Origin: Macrostomum lignano
Lineage: Eukaryota
DNA length: 64,000 nucleotides
Direction of reading: 5' to 3'
Assembly: GCA_002269645.1 (NCBI GenBank)
Contig: NIVC01000096.1
Location: forward strand, 310,001 to 374,000
The notes below the pieces were generated by a model, which saw only the letters and a list, made by a program, of their open reading frames with translations, ran no database searches and was not told the origin of the DNA. The translations under genes and the position numbers were made by a program. Below, in pieces: positions 1-12,621 of the stretch; the stretch's first letter is position 1; every line of letters begins with the position of its first letter.

Positions 1-171
1 GCCTTCGGTGAGTTGAGGGATTCAGCTTTGTTCTTTGCAAGTATTTTTTCTGCGCAATATGTCCCCGTGTTCTACTGTTAGTAGAAATATAAGAAAAATA
101 TTCTTGTTGAAGCGAAAAATATGTATAAATTTGGTCAAATTCTCGTATTCGGAATTTCCGCCCCCCTTCAA

Positions 172-450
172 ATGGAATCTGCGCCCCTTCACCGGAATCT
201 CCTCCACCTTCACTGGAATCTCCGCCTCCTTCAACTGGAATCTCCTCCACCTTCACTGGAATCTCCGCCTCCTTCAACTGGAATCTCCTCCACCTTCACT
301 GGAATCTCCGCCTCCTTCAACTGGAATCTCCTCCACCTTCACTGGAATCTCCGCCTCCTTCAACTGGAATCTCCTCCACCTTCACTGGAATCTCCGCCCC
401 CTTCAACTGGAATCTCCGCCCCTTCAACTGGAATCTCCGCCCCTTCACGT
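172..450 (+). repeat. 21/22-bp minisatellite (ctggaatctcctccaccttca / ctggaatctccgcctccttcaa)
   Basis: Alternating units with 43-bp higher-order period, in an EML intron. Confidence 0.9.
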
Positions 451-501
451 GAATCTCTGCACACAATCGAATCCCGCCAATTGTTGTGAACTCAGTTTCA
501 G

Positions 502-540
502 CTTCCCCTGGAAAGCGACATCAGCATGGACGATCTGAAG
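502..540 (+). CDS. EML: Possible 39-nt internal exon of the EML gene (LPLESDISMDDLK)
   Basis: tttcag acceptor at 496-501 and AAG|gtaaaa donor at 540/541. A gtgagt donor at 8-13 marks an upstream exon end. Phase 0 fits the next exon, but there is no recognisable motif. Confidence 0.35.
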
Positions 541-1044
541 GTAAAATTGTTCAAGCTTTTGATTCTTTTGATTGTTGAATTTCATTGATTTCTGGTGTTT
601 TGTAGCTGGACCTGTAGTTCACAAACTGACTTATTAATTCACTTAATTATAGGTAAATCGGTAGATTAACCGCTCAGTGATTTACGGTTGTCAGCTGAGC
701 TAATAATAGTTAGACCAAGCCTAGCCCCCACCCAGAAGCCTATCGTATTGCAACATTTCTTTGCCCACCTTGAAAGCTTTTCATGTCATACTCTATACTT
801 TCTACTTATCAGTAGGCAAACTCTAATAATAAATAAAGTAACAATTTTATGCTGGAATTTTCATTCGATTTTTTTCGTAAAATTTTCCTAAAACTTTGCT
901 TAGGAATTGCAGTGCGTCCTGCTAGTACTCGTATGTCTTTGTCTGGTTAGTTGTACATAGAGAGATATAGACAAAATCAATAAAAATAGACATTATACAA
1001 AGCTTACTAAGTATTAATCACTGTTGCCAATTCTCCAACCGAAG

Positions 1045-1416
1045 GACCGCCTGCTAAGCATCTCAGACCCGCCTGAGCATATGATTGCTCTTTGGGACTC
1101 AAAGCGTCATTCGTTAATCGCCTCAAGCCCTCTCGGCACGGACATCATGTGCGACTGCGACGTGAATCCTCAGGATCCAAATCTGTTTGTCACCGTTGGC
1201 AAAGATCACACAGTCTGGTGGGAATATAGCGAAGCTCTGGGCGCCATCAACATCAAAGCTGCCGGCGAGTATCAAACATTCTTCAAGGCTCGCTACGTTG
1301 TCAGCTTGTTGCACAATAGACAGGGCGACCTGGTCACTGGGGACTCCAATGGCAACGTCTACGTGTGGGGCGGCGGCGGCAACCTTATCACTAATTATAT
1401 CAAACATGCCCACGAG
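1045..1416 (+). CDS. EML: EML (echinoderm microtubule-associated protein-like) WD40/TAPE exon
   Basis: DRLLSISDPPEHMIALWD...FVTVGKDHTVWW...LVTGDSNGNVYVWGGG...AHE matches EML blade motifs. Donor GAG|gtttgt at 1416/1417; the AAG acceptor is weak. Confidence 0.78.
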
Positions 1417-1464
1417 GTTTGTCTGGCTGCTGGAGAGCGCGATTCCAATTCGACACATTTTCTC

Positions 1465-1915
1465 CCGCCACCACCCCAATCCGACACCCCTTCCACCGCC
1501 ACCACCCTAATCTGACACCCCTTCCCCCGACACCACCCTAATCACACACACCTTCCCCGGACACCACCCTAATCTGACACCCCTTCACCCGCCACCCCAA
1601 TCTGACACCCCTTCCCCGCCACTACAATCCGACACTCCTTCCACCACCACCACCCCAATCCGACACCCCTTCCACTGTCACCACCCCAATCCAACACCCC
1701 TTCCCCCGCCACTACAATCCGACACTCCTTCCACCACCACCACCCCAATCCGACACCCCTTCCACTGTCACCACCCCAATCCAACACCCCTTCCCCCGCC
1801 ACTACAATCCGACACTCCTTCCACCACCACCACCCCAATCCGACACCCCTTCCACTGTCACCACCCCAATCCAACACCCCTTCCCCCGCCACCCCAATCC
1901 GACACCCCTTCCCCC
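1465..1915 (+). repeat. C-rich minisatellite with 90-bp higher-order period
   Basis: actacaatcc recurs at 1621, 1711 and 1801. Confidence 0.9.
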
Positions 1916-1957
1916 TTTCCAAACTCCAGCTCACTCGCCCACTACCCCGCTCTCCAG

Positions 1958-2377
1958 GGTCCGGTGTTCTCTCTCTGCTTGTACCGCGGCTGGCTTCTAA
2001 CAGGCGGTCACGACAGCGCCCTCCGCTGCTGGCAGTGGGGCCGAAATATGGACCGAGTGTCGGAGCTTCGCCTGCCAGTCACGGAGGGCGCGCCCCGGTG
2101 CATTCGCGCCCATCGCGGCGCCGAAGTGGACCGTCTGATTGTTGGCACAACGGCAAACTCCATGCTTGACTGTCCGCTCTGTCCCGAGCCGGGCTTGGCC
2201 CCGCTGGAAGGAGTCGCTTTTGGCGACGTGCCAATCACTCAGGGTCACTACGATCAACTGCAGAGCCTGAGTCTGGTGCCCGGGCATGAATCTTTGTTCA
2301 TCACCGCGGGATACGACAGCCAGGTGTGCATCTTTAATGCCGACAATCATAGCAGCGTGCAGAAAACTGTGCTAAAG
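1958..2377 (+). CDS. EML: EML exon
   Basis: ctccag|GGT; GPVFSLC...LLTGGHD...GTTANS...ITQGHYDQLQSL...FITAGYDSQV; AAG|gtgaga; 420 nt, phase 0 to 0. Confidence 0.87.
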
Positions 2378-2531
2378 GTGAGAGCCACACTGGCTAACTG
2401 AGTTTCTGTAGCTCTGATTTGTGCTTACTTTTATTTCTACTTTTAGTAGGAAAGAAAGCGTGTGTGAATAATATTTATATCTTGAGATATGATTGACTGA
2501 CAGTTTACACCAATTGTTGACCTGTTTACAG

Positions 2532-2694
2532 AAAAAGTGTATTACCTACGCCAGCTGGGACGAGAGCAGCACCATTATATTTGGCACGAGAAATGGCGAG
2601 ATTATCATTCTGTACGAGGAGAATAGCAATCTGGTTGAACTGTTTAAAAGTAGCATTGCTTATTGCAAAGTGTCCGCGATCGCCATGTCGCATA
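2532..2694 (+). CDS. EML: EML exon
   Basis: tttacag|AAA; KKCITYASWD...IIFGTRNGEIIIL...; A|gtgagt; phase 0 to 1. Confidence 0.8.
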
Positions 2695-2825
2695 GTGAGT
2701 TGCTTGATGTTTTAGCCGCGGTAGCTAGCACAGTGGTGCAGAGGTCCTAGGAGGGCACCCCCACTCCCAATCGGCCCCAAAAGGTATCCACCTGCCCAAG
2801 ATATATAGGGGCGCCCACCAAGAAT

Positions 2826-3856
2826 AGAACGGTTATAGAACGGCAGCGGTAGTCATTTGATGTTATAGAATGGTAGCGGTAGTCCTTTGATGTTATAGAA
2901 CGATAGCGGTAGTCCTTTGATGTTATAGAACGATAGCGGTAGTCCTTTGATGTTATAGAACGGTAGCGGTAGTCCTTTGATGTTATAGAACGGTAGCGGT
3001 AGTCCTTTGATGTTATAGAACGGTAGCGGTGGTCCTTTGATGTCATAGAACGGTAGCGGTAGTCCTTTGAGGCTATACATGTAGAACGGTAGCGGTAGCC
3101 CTTTGATGTTATAGAACGGTAGCGGTAGTTCTTTGATGTCATAGAACGGTAGCGGTAGTCCTTTGAGGCTATACATGTAGAACGGTAGCGGTAGTCCTTT
3201 GATGTTATAGAACGGTAGCGATAGTTCTTTGATGTTATAGAACGGTAGCGGTAGTCCTTTGATGTTATAGAACAGTAGCGGTAGTTCTTTGATGTTATAG
3301 AACGGTAGCGGTAGTCCTTTGATGTTATAGAACGGTAGCGGTAGTCCTTTGATGTTATAGAACGGTAGCGGTAGTCCTTTGATGTTATAGAACGGTAGCG
3401 GTAGTCCTTTGATGTTATAGAACGGTAGCGGTAGTCCTTTGATGTTATAGAACGGTAGCGGTAGTCCTTTGATGTTATAGAACGGTAGCGGTAGTCCTTT
3501 GATGTTATAGAACGGTAGCGGTAGTCCTTTGATGTTATAGAACGGTAGCGGTAGTCCTTTGATGTTATAGAACGGTAGCGGTAGTCCTTTGATGTTATAG
3601 AACGGTAGCGGTGGCCCTTTGATGTCATAGAACGGTAGCGGTGGCCCTTTGATGTTATAGAACGGTAGCGGTAGTCCTTTGATGTTATAGAACGGTAGCG
3701 GTAGTCCTTTGATGTTATAGAACGGTAGCGGTAGTCCTTTGAGGCTATACATGTAGAACGGTAGCGGTAGTCCTTTGATGTTATAGAACGGTAGCGGTAG
3801 TCCTTTGATGTTATAGAACGGTAGCAGTGGTCCTTTGATGGTATAGAACGGTAGCC
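2826..3856 (+). repeat. 30-bp minisatellite gatgttatagaacggtagcggtagtccttt
   Basis: About 33 near-identical units, intronic. Confidence 0.95.
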
Positions 3857-3915
3857 GTGGTCTTATCGAAGCTATAAATTCTTTTCACCTATCCAATAAA
3901 TTAAAAACATGTCAG

Positions 3916-4128
3916 CAAAAGAGACCGTTGCGGTCGGTGGCTCAGACGGTCGCGTGCATTTCTTGCGGTTTCTACCCACCGAAGAGGACCCAACTGTACG
4001 GGCCTGGCAACCGGCTGGTCAGCTGCTGGCCACAAGGCACGGCGTTGATGCGCTCGATTTTGCCGAAGATTTTATCGACGAATCGTTGATTGTTTGCGCA
4101 ACGAATACGAGTGGAGAGAGGGCCATCT
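3916..4128 (+). CDS. EML: EML exon
   Basis: gtcag|CA; KETVAVGGSDGRVH...HGVDALDFA...; T|gtaagt; phase 1 to 1. Confidence 0.82.
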
Positions 4129-5000
4129 GTAAGTGCGCGGATCGATGCCTTTTGATACAGTCATCCAGCAGGTCTTAGAGTACAGTAGCCCTCGTACAGT
4201 ACTCGTAACATGCCGGTAGAGGGGGGAAGAAGGGGAGGGAAGAAAAGCAGGCGACGATAGCGAGAAGCAACCACAGATACTAGAATAACTAGATGGGCCA
4301 CTCAGCACATTTGCGTACAAGCTACTTTCAGTTCAGTAGTAAGTTAAACAGAAGCATTCTAATGTATTTTTAAAGCCAAGGCTCATTTAGTGGCTCTTAA
4401 CCCCCCCCCAGCTTAAACCCTCCAACCGCGCCTTTCCACACCACGCCCCGCCCCAATTTTTATTGCCTTTCTCGGAATTTAAGTCTAAAGCTGCCATGTA
4501 CATTTCAGTGGACTGGCTAATGTACATTATTGCTGAACCAGTTAGCAAGCTGTTTACCCCCGCAACCTTGCAAACTTATCAGTCATTTCAGTTGCCTTTT
4601 TATTAAATAGCTTATGTCTTCTTCTTTGCTACTGAACTGAAAGTAGAAAGCTGTTTTGCTAAGTATATGTGCCTGAGTGGCCCGTCTGGTTATTCTAGTA
4701 TCTGTGGAAGCAACCAGCCAATCAGCGCGCAGTAATAAACAAGTCAAAATAGGCAAAGGTGTATGACGCAACGTAGGATCTATGAGATTTTCTGGTAGAT
4801 TTGAGGGTTCTAGAAGGGCACCAAAACATCGGCGAATGTCGGGAGAATCCCGGTGGGAAACCCGCGAAATGGGTATGACTGCTCTCCTCCTCGCTTACTT
4901 CCTACTTAAGTTGTTCATGGCCAATATTTCAGACTTTACAGGAATCAGACATGCTTGAAAATAATCTATATCTAACAAACAATCTGGTTGCTGTTTCCAG

Positions 5001-5096
5001 GCGATGCGACAAACTTTTGTTTGCTTGAAGACGAGGAAAAGGTTCGGGATGTTCGCTGGAAGACGCACAATTTCCTATTCGCATATTACAACGTTG
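5001..5096 (+). CDS. EML: EML exon
   Basis: tttccag|GC; DATNFCLLEDEEKVRDVRWKTHNFLFAYYNV (compare EML RDxxWATYTCVLGF); G|gtgagt. Confidence 0.82.
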
Positions 5097-5178
5097 GTGA
5101 GTTCAGTAAAAGCTTCGGTCACCAAAGGAGACAGCGTTGTATTTTTTATGCAAAGAGAATTAAATTACCTTTCAACAG

Positions 5179-5312
5179 GTGCTTGGAACTCCAAGTCTAG
5201 CCAAGAGTCCAGCATCACGTCTGTTGATGTCTGCATAGAAAGGGAACTGCTAGCGGTCGGGCTGAACAATGGCCACATTCTGCTGTATAAGTACCCGTGC
5301 ACCAAATCTGAT
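5179..5312 (+). CDS. EML: EML exon
   Basis: tttcaacag|GT; GAW...ITSVDVC...LLAVGLNNGHILLYKYPCTKSD (EML GVW...LFxYPC motif); GAT|gtaaga. Confidence 0.87.
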
Positions 5313-5518
5313 GTAAGAAAGTTTTTTAGTGTGACTCAATTCAATTTAATATTGACTCGTGTCTCTCTTGTGGCCACATTGCCACATTGCCAGTTTAGGG
5401 GTTGCAGGGTCTGTGAGAATTTCCCACAGGAGGTTTTACCCGCCGAGCCTTCCCCGCAGCGAGATTTTCTCATAGGGGTTTTCCAGTTTTCAAGTCAAAC
5501 CCAGTCGTATGTAAATCG

Positions 5519-6216
5519 CTAGTCTAGTCTAGTTCTAATCTAGTCTAGTCTAGTTCTAATCTAGTCTAGTCTAGTTCTAATCTAGTCTAGTCTAGTTCTA
5601 ATCTAGTCTAGTCTAGTTCTAATTTAGTCTAGTCTAGTTCTAATCTAGTCTAGTCTAGTTCTAATCTAGTCTAGTCTAGTTCTAATCTAATCTAGTCTAG
5701 TTCTAATCTAGTCTAGTCTAGTTCTAATCTAGTCTAGTCTAGTTCTAATCTAGTCTAGTCTAGTTCTAATCTAGTCTAGTCTAGTTCTAATCTAGTCTAG
5801 TCTAGTTCTAATTTAGTCTAGTCTAGTTCTAATCTAGTTTAGTCTAGTTCTAATCTAGTCTAGTCTAGTTCTAATCTAGTCTAGTCTAGTTTTAATTTAG
5901 TCTAGTCTAGTTCTAATCTAGTCTAGTCTAGTTTTAATTTAGTCTAGTCTAGTTCTAATCTAGTCTAGTCTAGTTCTAATCTAGTCTAGTCTAGTTCTAA
6001 TCTAGTCTAGTCTAGTTCTAATTTAGTCTAGTCTAGTTCTAATCTAGTCTAGTCTAGTTCTAATTTAGTCTAGTCTAGTTCTAATCTAGTCTAGTCTAGT
6101 TCTAATTTAGTCTAGTCTAGTTCTAATCTAGTCTAGTCTAGTTCTAATCTAGTCTAGTCTAGTTCTAATCTAGTCTAGTCTAGTTCTAATCTAGTCTAGT
6201 CTAGTCTAGTTCTAAT
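5519..6216 (+). repeat. 21-bp satellite ctagtctagtctagttctaat
   Basis: Tandem array; degenerate continuation at 7288-7385. Confidence 0.95.
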
Positions 6217-6225
6217 CGATTCTAA

Positions 6226-7287
6226 TGAAGTACTTAGGGTTGTCTCGGGGTTTTCTCGAGGTGGCCTGGTAGGTCTTTGAATCCCACCGCAGCCACCAGT
6301 GAAGTACTTGTGCTTCTCCTGCTGTCTAGCACAGTGATTTGGGCTCTCCGTCTTCTCAACCGGAAGCCTTCTATGAGTAGCGTAGGTAGTGCTGCCACCA
6401 GTTCCTTCAGGTCTCGGCCTTCGGGGAGGTGAGCTTCCCGTCGGAACGAACGGAACAAGTCAACGAACTCAGCACAGCGTGCAGATATGCAGATTAATGA
6501 ACAAGGCGTCCTGGTCAGCAGATCCCGCCGGGCTCGGGGGGTGGCTGGGAAGGCAGTTTTGGCCTCCCTTAGGCTTGGGTGTCTAAGTTTAGTCAGGCCA
6601 ATTACAGATAGCTTAAATGGGCAACTGAACGAAGCCTGGAAAACTAGACTAAAGAAGAACAACAAGAAGAAGAAAGAAGAAGCCAATAAGAAGACCAAGA
6701 AGACAAAGACGACAAATCCTTGACTGAACCCAGGGTGAGGGGCACGTATTTATAGGCAGGGAATCCCCGTTGTACCAGTGTGCGCCGGACCTCGTGACTC
6801 TGTTCTATTTTTAGAACTGACGTCACCCTCCGCCTTAGAGAAGGCAGGGTCTGCGGGTAAAGTGCACAGGGCCGCACGACTCAGTATCTATTTTTAGAAA
6901 CATGAGTCACCTGTTACCTTAGAGAAGGCAAGGGCCCCGAAGCACGTGATTCCTCCCGTAAAAATGGGCCAACGAGTGCAGTAAACATGTTTACTGCACT
7001 TTAGGACTTCTAGAAAACAAGACTTGTCAGGTGACTTGCTCACATGACAAGGGAAACAGGCCGCCAGCGGGACCTCAGGACAGGAACGAAACGCAGAGCA
7101 GGCCACAGCAGAGAAGCTCGTGGCTGCAAGCAAGAGCGCAGAGAAGAGGGGGGGGGGCGCCAGAGAACAGGCAGCAAAAGGGGAGGGAGGCTGCCCAGCG
7201 GCAGACAGCGACCCAGGGCGAGGGCGAGGGCGAAAGAAGCTGCTGACAATAGTGCGAGGCCTAACACCAAACTAGCGGATCACTACA
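6226..7287 (-). mobile_element. Probable solo LTR inserted in a CTAG satellite
   Basis: TG...CA ends (tgaagt / actaca) and imperfect 4-bp TSD ctaa/ctag; the satellite resumes on both sides. Minus-strand TATAAA at 6749-6754 and an ~84-bp duplicated enhancer-like block. Confidence 0.55.
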
Positions 7288-7600
7288 CTAGTCTTGTTCT
7301 AATCTAGTATAATCTAGTTCTAATCTAGTCTGTACAGTCTAGTCTAGTTCTACTCTATAGTCTAATCTTTTCTAGTATAGTCTAAAAACTAGATTTGACC
7401 TGAAAATCCGACTGGAAACCCCTGCGGGAAAGCCTCGCTGCGGGAAAACTTCCTGCGGAAAATTCCTGTACTCCCTGAACACTTTGTTTTGGGTCTCTGC
7501 TTTTTCAACAAACTCCGTTTTATTGCGGAATTGCAATGTGAATTTTCTAACATTTTCAACTGAAAATTCATTCATAAGTTGCTCCAAAATCCTCAATCAG

Positions 7601-7723
7601 GCATACTGCCACACCTTTGTCGGGCCAACAAAAATCACGGCGCTAAAATTCACATCCGACGGCCGACATCTCATCAGCATTGGCGGCCGAGACGCCTGCG
7701 TTATGCAGTGGCGCCTCACTTAA
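7601..7723 (+). CDS. EML: EML terminal exon
   Basis: aatcag|GCA; AYCHTFVGPTKITALKFTSDGRHLISIGGRDACVMQWRLT* equals the typical EML C-terminus (LISxGGxDxxxxQW). Confidence 0.88.
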   Translation, partial: AYCHTFVGPTKITALKFTSDGRHLISIGGRDACVMQWRLT

Positions 7724-8749
7724 AAACCGTCGATTTCATAACCCTTGCAATAATTGGACGCTTAATCAACAATTGACCGAAGTTTCTAATCACTCCAAAC
7801 ATTTGATACTATCTTCTACTTATAGTAGCTGCATTTGCGTGTGATATTATATTATATAAACTTTATGTCTATAATTCTGTTTTTCCTCGAAAGCTCTATT
7901 TAGTGACGGATAGAGCTTATTCGGTTAAATTTTTGAACAAATAAATCTGTTTAAAATTCCATTCGAGCTGCAGTGATCTAAGACATAATGCGTAGAAATT
8001 TACACTTACTTACCTCATCAGGCATCACCCTATAAATCAGATTCACGATAAATTGGTATAAGAGCAGTCAATGCTCAGAGCTGTTCTCTTCTGTGATTTC
8101 AGATTTTTTAAGGAAGAGTGTCTTAAGTGACAGCTAATCCATTCAAGGTTGAATGGTCTCTGTCATTGTTGTCAATATGCTTGATTGAGTAGTGCTTCAG
8201 CACACGATGCCAGAAGTTAATATAATATGCCTCGTAACTTCAAGATGACTGACTACAGTTTATGCTTTAGCAATGAGTCGCTAAACATTTGGCAAATGAT
8301 GCGAAACTGCCGTGTCAGGTCCCCCCAGTTTTAGGATAAATACTTCGCACCTTCCGCATCATAGAGAGCTCTCCCTGAGCAACCAGCATTTTGACACCTT
8401 TCAATGCGCGTTGAGTGCATTGTACTCATGACAGGCTGCGGTGACTGGGTATATTCTAAAAAAATAGACTTCCGCATTGTATAGGAGAGTTCAATCAGAT
8501 CCCCGGTGGGTAACTATAGGGCCAAATTGGCGCTGCCATTGCTGCGGTGACATGTGACACGGGGAAGTTGGTGATGGTTAAGCCAAATTAGCTCAGTGGT
8601 TGGCTAGCAATCTTCCCTGGGTATCCCAGATCAATAGCCAGTATTGTCATTGACAGAATGAAAATTTTCAAAGTTTAAATACTTGAAGTTGCTCGGAAGT
8701 TTCATCAAATCTATTTTGGCTTCGGTGTCTAAAGCGATGCTTTATCTGT

Positions 8750-9262
8750 CAGCCTCCCAAAATGTCAGTTGCTGAGCCAGCCTCCCAGATCCTCAGTTGC
8801 ATGGGCCGGCCTCCCAGATCTTCAGTTGCATGGGCCGGCCTCCCAGATCCTCAGTTTCTGGGCCGGCCTCCCAGATCCTCAGTTGCTGGGCCAGCCTCCC
8901 AGATCCTCAGTTGCTGGGCCAGCCTCCCAGATCCTCAGTTGCTGGGCCAGCCTCCCAGATCCTCAGTTGCTGGGCCAGCCTCCCAGATCCTCAGTTGCTG
9001 GGCCAGCCTCCCAGATCCTCAGTTGCTGGGCCAGCCTCCCAGATCCTCAGTTGCTGGGCCAGCCTCCCAGAGTGTCAGTTGCTGGGCCAGCCTCCCAGAT
9101 CCTCAGTTGCTGGGCCAGCCTCCCAGATCCTCAGTTGCTGAGCCACCACTCTCCCAGATCCTCAGTTGCTAGGCCAGCCTCCCAAATCCTCAGTTGCTGG
9201 GCCAGCCTCCCAGATCCTCAGTTGCTGAGCCACCACTCTCTCAGATCCCCAGTTGCTGGGGC
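8750..9262 (+). repeat. 28-bp minisatellite family A (ggccagcctcccagatcctcagttgctg)
   Basis: Tandem array; the same unit occurs at 29.6 kb and 36.5 kb. Confidence 0.95.
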
Positions 9263-10095
9263 AGCCTCCCGGAGTCTAAAAATTTCTTGTCACAGTAGAT
9301 AAACAGCTGACATAAGAAGGAACCAACAACAGAGTCGTGTAGGGCCTTTGCTTTGACACGAACTCGCAGAATGAAAGAGACAGAACAAGAAACAAATCAA
9401 TTATCTACTCGTCGAAATTAACAAAATCAACACTGTTTGTTGTTTGTTTTAAATCTCGAAAAAGCTTCAAAGTTCGTGCTTGATATTTTAAAATATTCTA
9501 TCAATCAAGCAATTTCAAAAGCAGCCGAATCTTAACGCATGCTTGCTCCTCTCTGATTGCCAGATGGCTTTTATGGCAGTCGTCTGTTTATTTCATAGCG
9601 ATTCTATTCATACATATACAAACCAAATAGTTTTATAAATTTCCTGTCAAACCTCTTTAGGCAGTCCTGCATACTGGAAAGTGATTGCCTATAGGATATA
9701 TGCATATCCGCCATCAAATCTGGACGTGTCTCAAACCATGAGAATCAGAAACTCTGTTTAATTAATTTAATTGAACAGAGGACTAAACACTGTAAACCCT
9801 GTACGGGGCATAAGTGAGCGATTTTCGGAATTTAGACACTGACGGTCAGGGCTGTTTGCTCTGTAGGGTTCTGTGTGAAAATTTTATAGTTTAATTTGGA
9901 TCTCCATCTTCAGTATTTATTACTTTGTAGTTTAAAAAATCATCAGGATGACACTACCATAGTAAAATTGGATGTCTCAAGATGTAAAAATATGAAATTT
10001 CGAAACCTTAACAAGGATGTCACCTTAAAGACAGAAATATCAGTAAGAATACGAGTGTACGAGTACATTTGAGTCAGCTTTGACGCCATAGGGTC

Positions 10096-11340
10096 AAGAA
10101 TAAATGCGAGGATGTCAGAATGAATGCGAGGATGTCAGAATAAATGCGAGGATGTCAGAATAAATGCGAGGATGTCAGAATAAATGCGAGGATGTCAGAA
10201 TAAATGCGAGGATGTCAGAATGAATGCGAGGATGTCAGAATGAATGCGAGGATGTCAGAATGAATGCGAGGAAGTCAGAATAAATGCGAGGATGTCAGAA
10301 TGAATGCGAGGATGTCAGAATGAATGCGAGAATGTCAGAATGAATGCGAGGATGTCAGAATGAATGCGAGGATGTCAGAATAAATGCGAGGATGTCAGAA
10401 TGAATGCGAGGATGTCAGAATGAATACGAGGATGTCAGAACGAATTTGAGGATGTCAGAACGAATTTGAGGATGTCAGAACGAATTTGAGGATGTCAGAA
10501 CGAATTTGAGGATGTCAGAACGAATTTGAGGATGTCAGAACGAATTTGAGGATGTCAGAACGAATTTGAGGATGTCAGAACGAATTTGAGGATGTCAGAA
10601 CGAATTTGAGGATGTCAGAACGAATTTGAGGATGTCAGAACGAATTTGAGGATGTAGGAACGAATTTGAGGATGGCAGAACGAATTTGAGGATGTCAGAA
10701 CAAATTTGAGAATGGCAGAACGAATTTGAGGATGGCAGAACAAATTTGAGGATTGCAGAACGAATTTGAGGATGTAGGAACGAATTTGAGGATTGCAGAA
10801 CGAATTTGAGGATGTAGGAACAAATTTGGGGATGGCTGAACGAATTTGAGGATGGCAGAACGAATTTGAGGATGGCAGAACGAATTTGAGGATGTAGGAA
10901 CAAATTTGAGGATTGCAGAACGAATTTGAGGATGTAGGAACGAATTTGAGGATTGCAGAACGAATTTGAGGATGTCAGAACGAATTTGAGGATGTCAGAA
11001 CGAATTTGAGGATGTCAGAACGAATTTGAGGATGTCAGAACGAATTTGAGGATTTCAGAACGAATTTGAGGATGTAGGAACAAATTTGGGGATGTCAGAA
11101 CGAATTTGAGGATGTCAGAACGAATTTGAGGATGTAGGAACGAATTTGAGGATGGCAGAACGAATTTGAGGATGGCAGAACGAATTTGAGGATGGCAGAA
11201 CGAATTTGAGGATGGCAGAACGAATTTGAGGATGGCAGAACGAATTTGAGGATGGCAGAACGAATTTGAGGATGGCAGAACGAATTTGAGGATGTAGGAA
11301 CAAATTTGAGGATGGCAGAACGAATTTGAGGATGGCAGAG
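10096..11340 (+). repeat. 20-bp minisatellite (gaatgaatgcgaggatgtca changing to gaacgaatttgaggatgtca)
   Basis: About 62 units; the variant switches near 10440. Confidence 0.95.
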
Positions 11341-12621
11341 TTACGCATCTTGCGAATCAGGCGGTTACCATATATTTTTTTGGCTATAAAATAAATGCAG
11401 CAGTTATGAGAACCTCATAAAAAATTTTGACAGCCACTTAACTCTGCCTCTGAGTCCATCGGCCCGCAGCGCACAATATAAATCACAGATGACGCATTCC
11501 ATCCTAAGCCATTCAGTTTAATTATATGGCAATATTGGCATACACGGTTAAACACCTTTACCTGCCAACCTTTCAGCACTTCAAGGCTCATTCAAAATAC
11601 CTTTGGTGGTGCAATTCATATAGGTGAGAAGCATTTTTTTATTAAAAAACACTCATGTGAGCAGCCCGCCAAGGATTTGGTGAGAGCCAGCTGTTCAATA
11701 TTGTTATTCAGCAATGAAGTGCCCCTGCATGGGGGAGTAACCGGACATAAATAACTGTTTTTCCTTCGGGTTAGCGCACATTACCTTCAAAGGGGTTAAC
11801 TTCTCTTACCTGATCTCATCTCTCTCACTCACACCTTAACGCCTTGACTATAATGAAGGCAGAACAAATCAGGAAGTTATATGTGTGCGCTGTGCTGGTT
11901 TTTCTTCTTTTGGAAGAACCACACCTCTTCTCCCTCTTGTGAGGCATTTTTTACCCTTGGCCTCGGCTTTGCTCGGCTATTTCTGCAATGCGTCCCTTTC
12001 TAGCTGCATCTCCAGACTCAGCAACTTCATCAATCATAACTTTATTGATTAGTTCAAGTCTTTCTTTGGGTTTAGCCAATTTATTTCAGTGAGTAATGTA
12101 GAAAAATATGCAGCATGGATGTTAGGGTGCCAGGTCCAATTGGTGTAATTTTTAGCATGTAAAATTTGCTCATTTTTAGTATACAGGATTATGAGTTAAT
12201 ACGATGGAGAAACTACCGAAAGAGATGAAGATGAGAGGCTGGTGAGAAGATAAAGAATAGATATTGGAAGGAATATGAGGAAGAGAGGCTTAAGGAAGGT
12301 TGAAGAGGAGTGGTTTGTGATAAGATGGAAAAAAGCAACAGTCACAAATAAAACCCAATTGTAAGTCAAAAAATAAAAAAAGTCAAGTCAAAAGTCAAAA
12401 AGCGACTTTCTTGAAGGCTTTTTAAAATAAGGTAGTTATAGATAGAGGCTATTAGTTCTGCATGGGAACACACGTATTTATGAGCTAAATATTTTGTGTA
12501 TTTTTAATCGGTAAATTTACATGTAGAACAAAATTTGCCTCAAATTGTCTAAACAAGCAGATGGTTTGAGATCAGTTTAACCATTTAACCAGGTTTCAAA
12601 CGCCTGTTCTGAGAATATAAC

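Larger units (their letters stand above)
5405..7477. mobile_element. Degenerate TIR element enclosing the satellite and LTR
   Basis: ~95-bp imperfect inverted repeats at 5405-5500 and 7390-7477 with CAGG...CCTG ends. No TSD recognised. Confidence 0.45.

Noticed and set aside
2747-3752. Long ORFs (293 and 299 aa) with periodic peptides; likewise ORFs at 14.7-16.7, 20.7-21.6, 28.1-29.1, 45.5-46.3, 47.0-48.4, 56.8-57.7 and 60-61.5 kb
   Set aside because: They are translations of stop-free tandem repeats, often open in several frames and on both strands, and many lie inside introns of the reconstructed genes.
6234-6723. ORFs within the putative LTR as a gene or RT fragment
   Set aside because: No RT, gag or other motifs; the surrounding structure is better explained as LTR R/U5 sequence.
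8150-8650. Possible PIF/Harbinger transposase remnant on the minus strand (YN...HSTRIERC)
   Set aside because: The motifs fall in different frames with wrong spacing and no TIRs; it cannot be supported without a search.
11400-12100. Coding-like minus-strand remnant (PKERLELINKVMIDEVAESG...)
   Set aside because: Interrupted by stops with no identifiable family.
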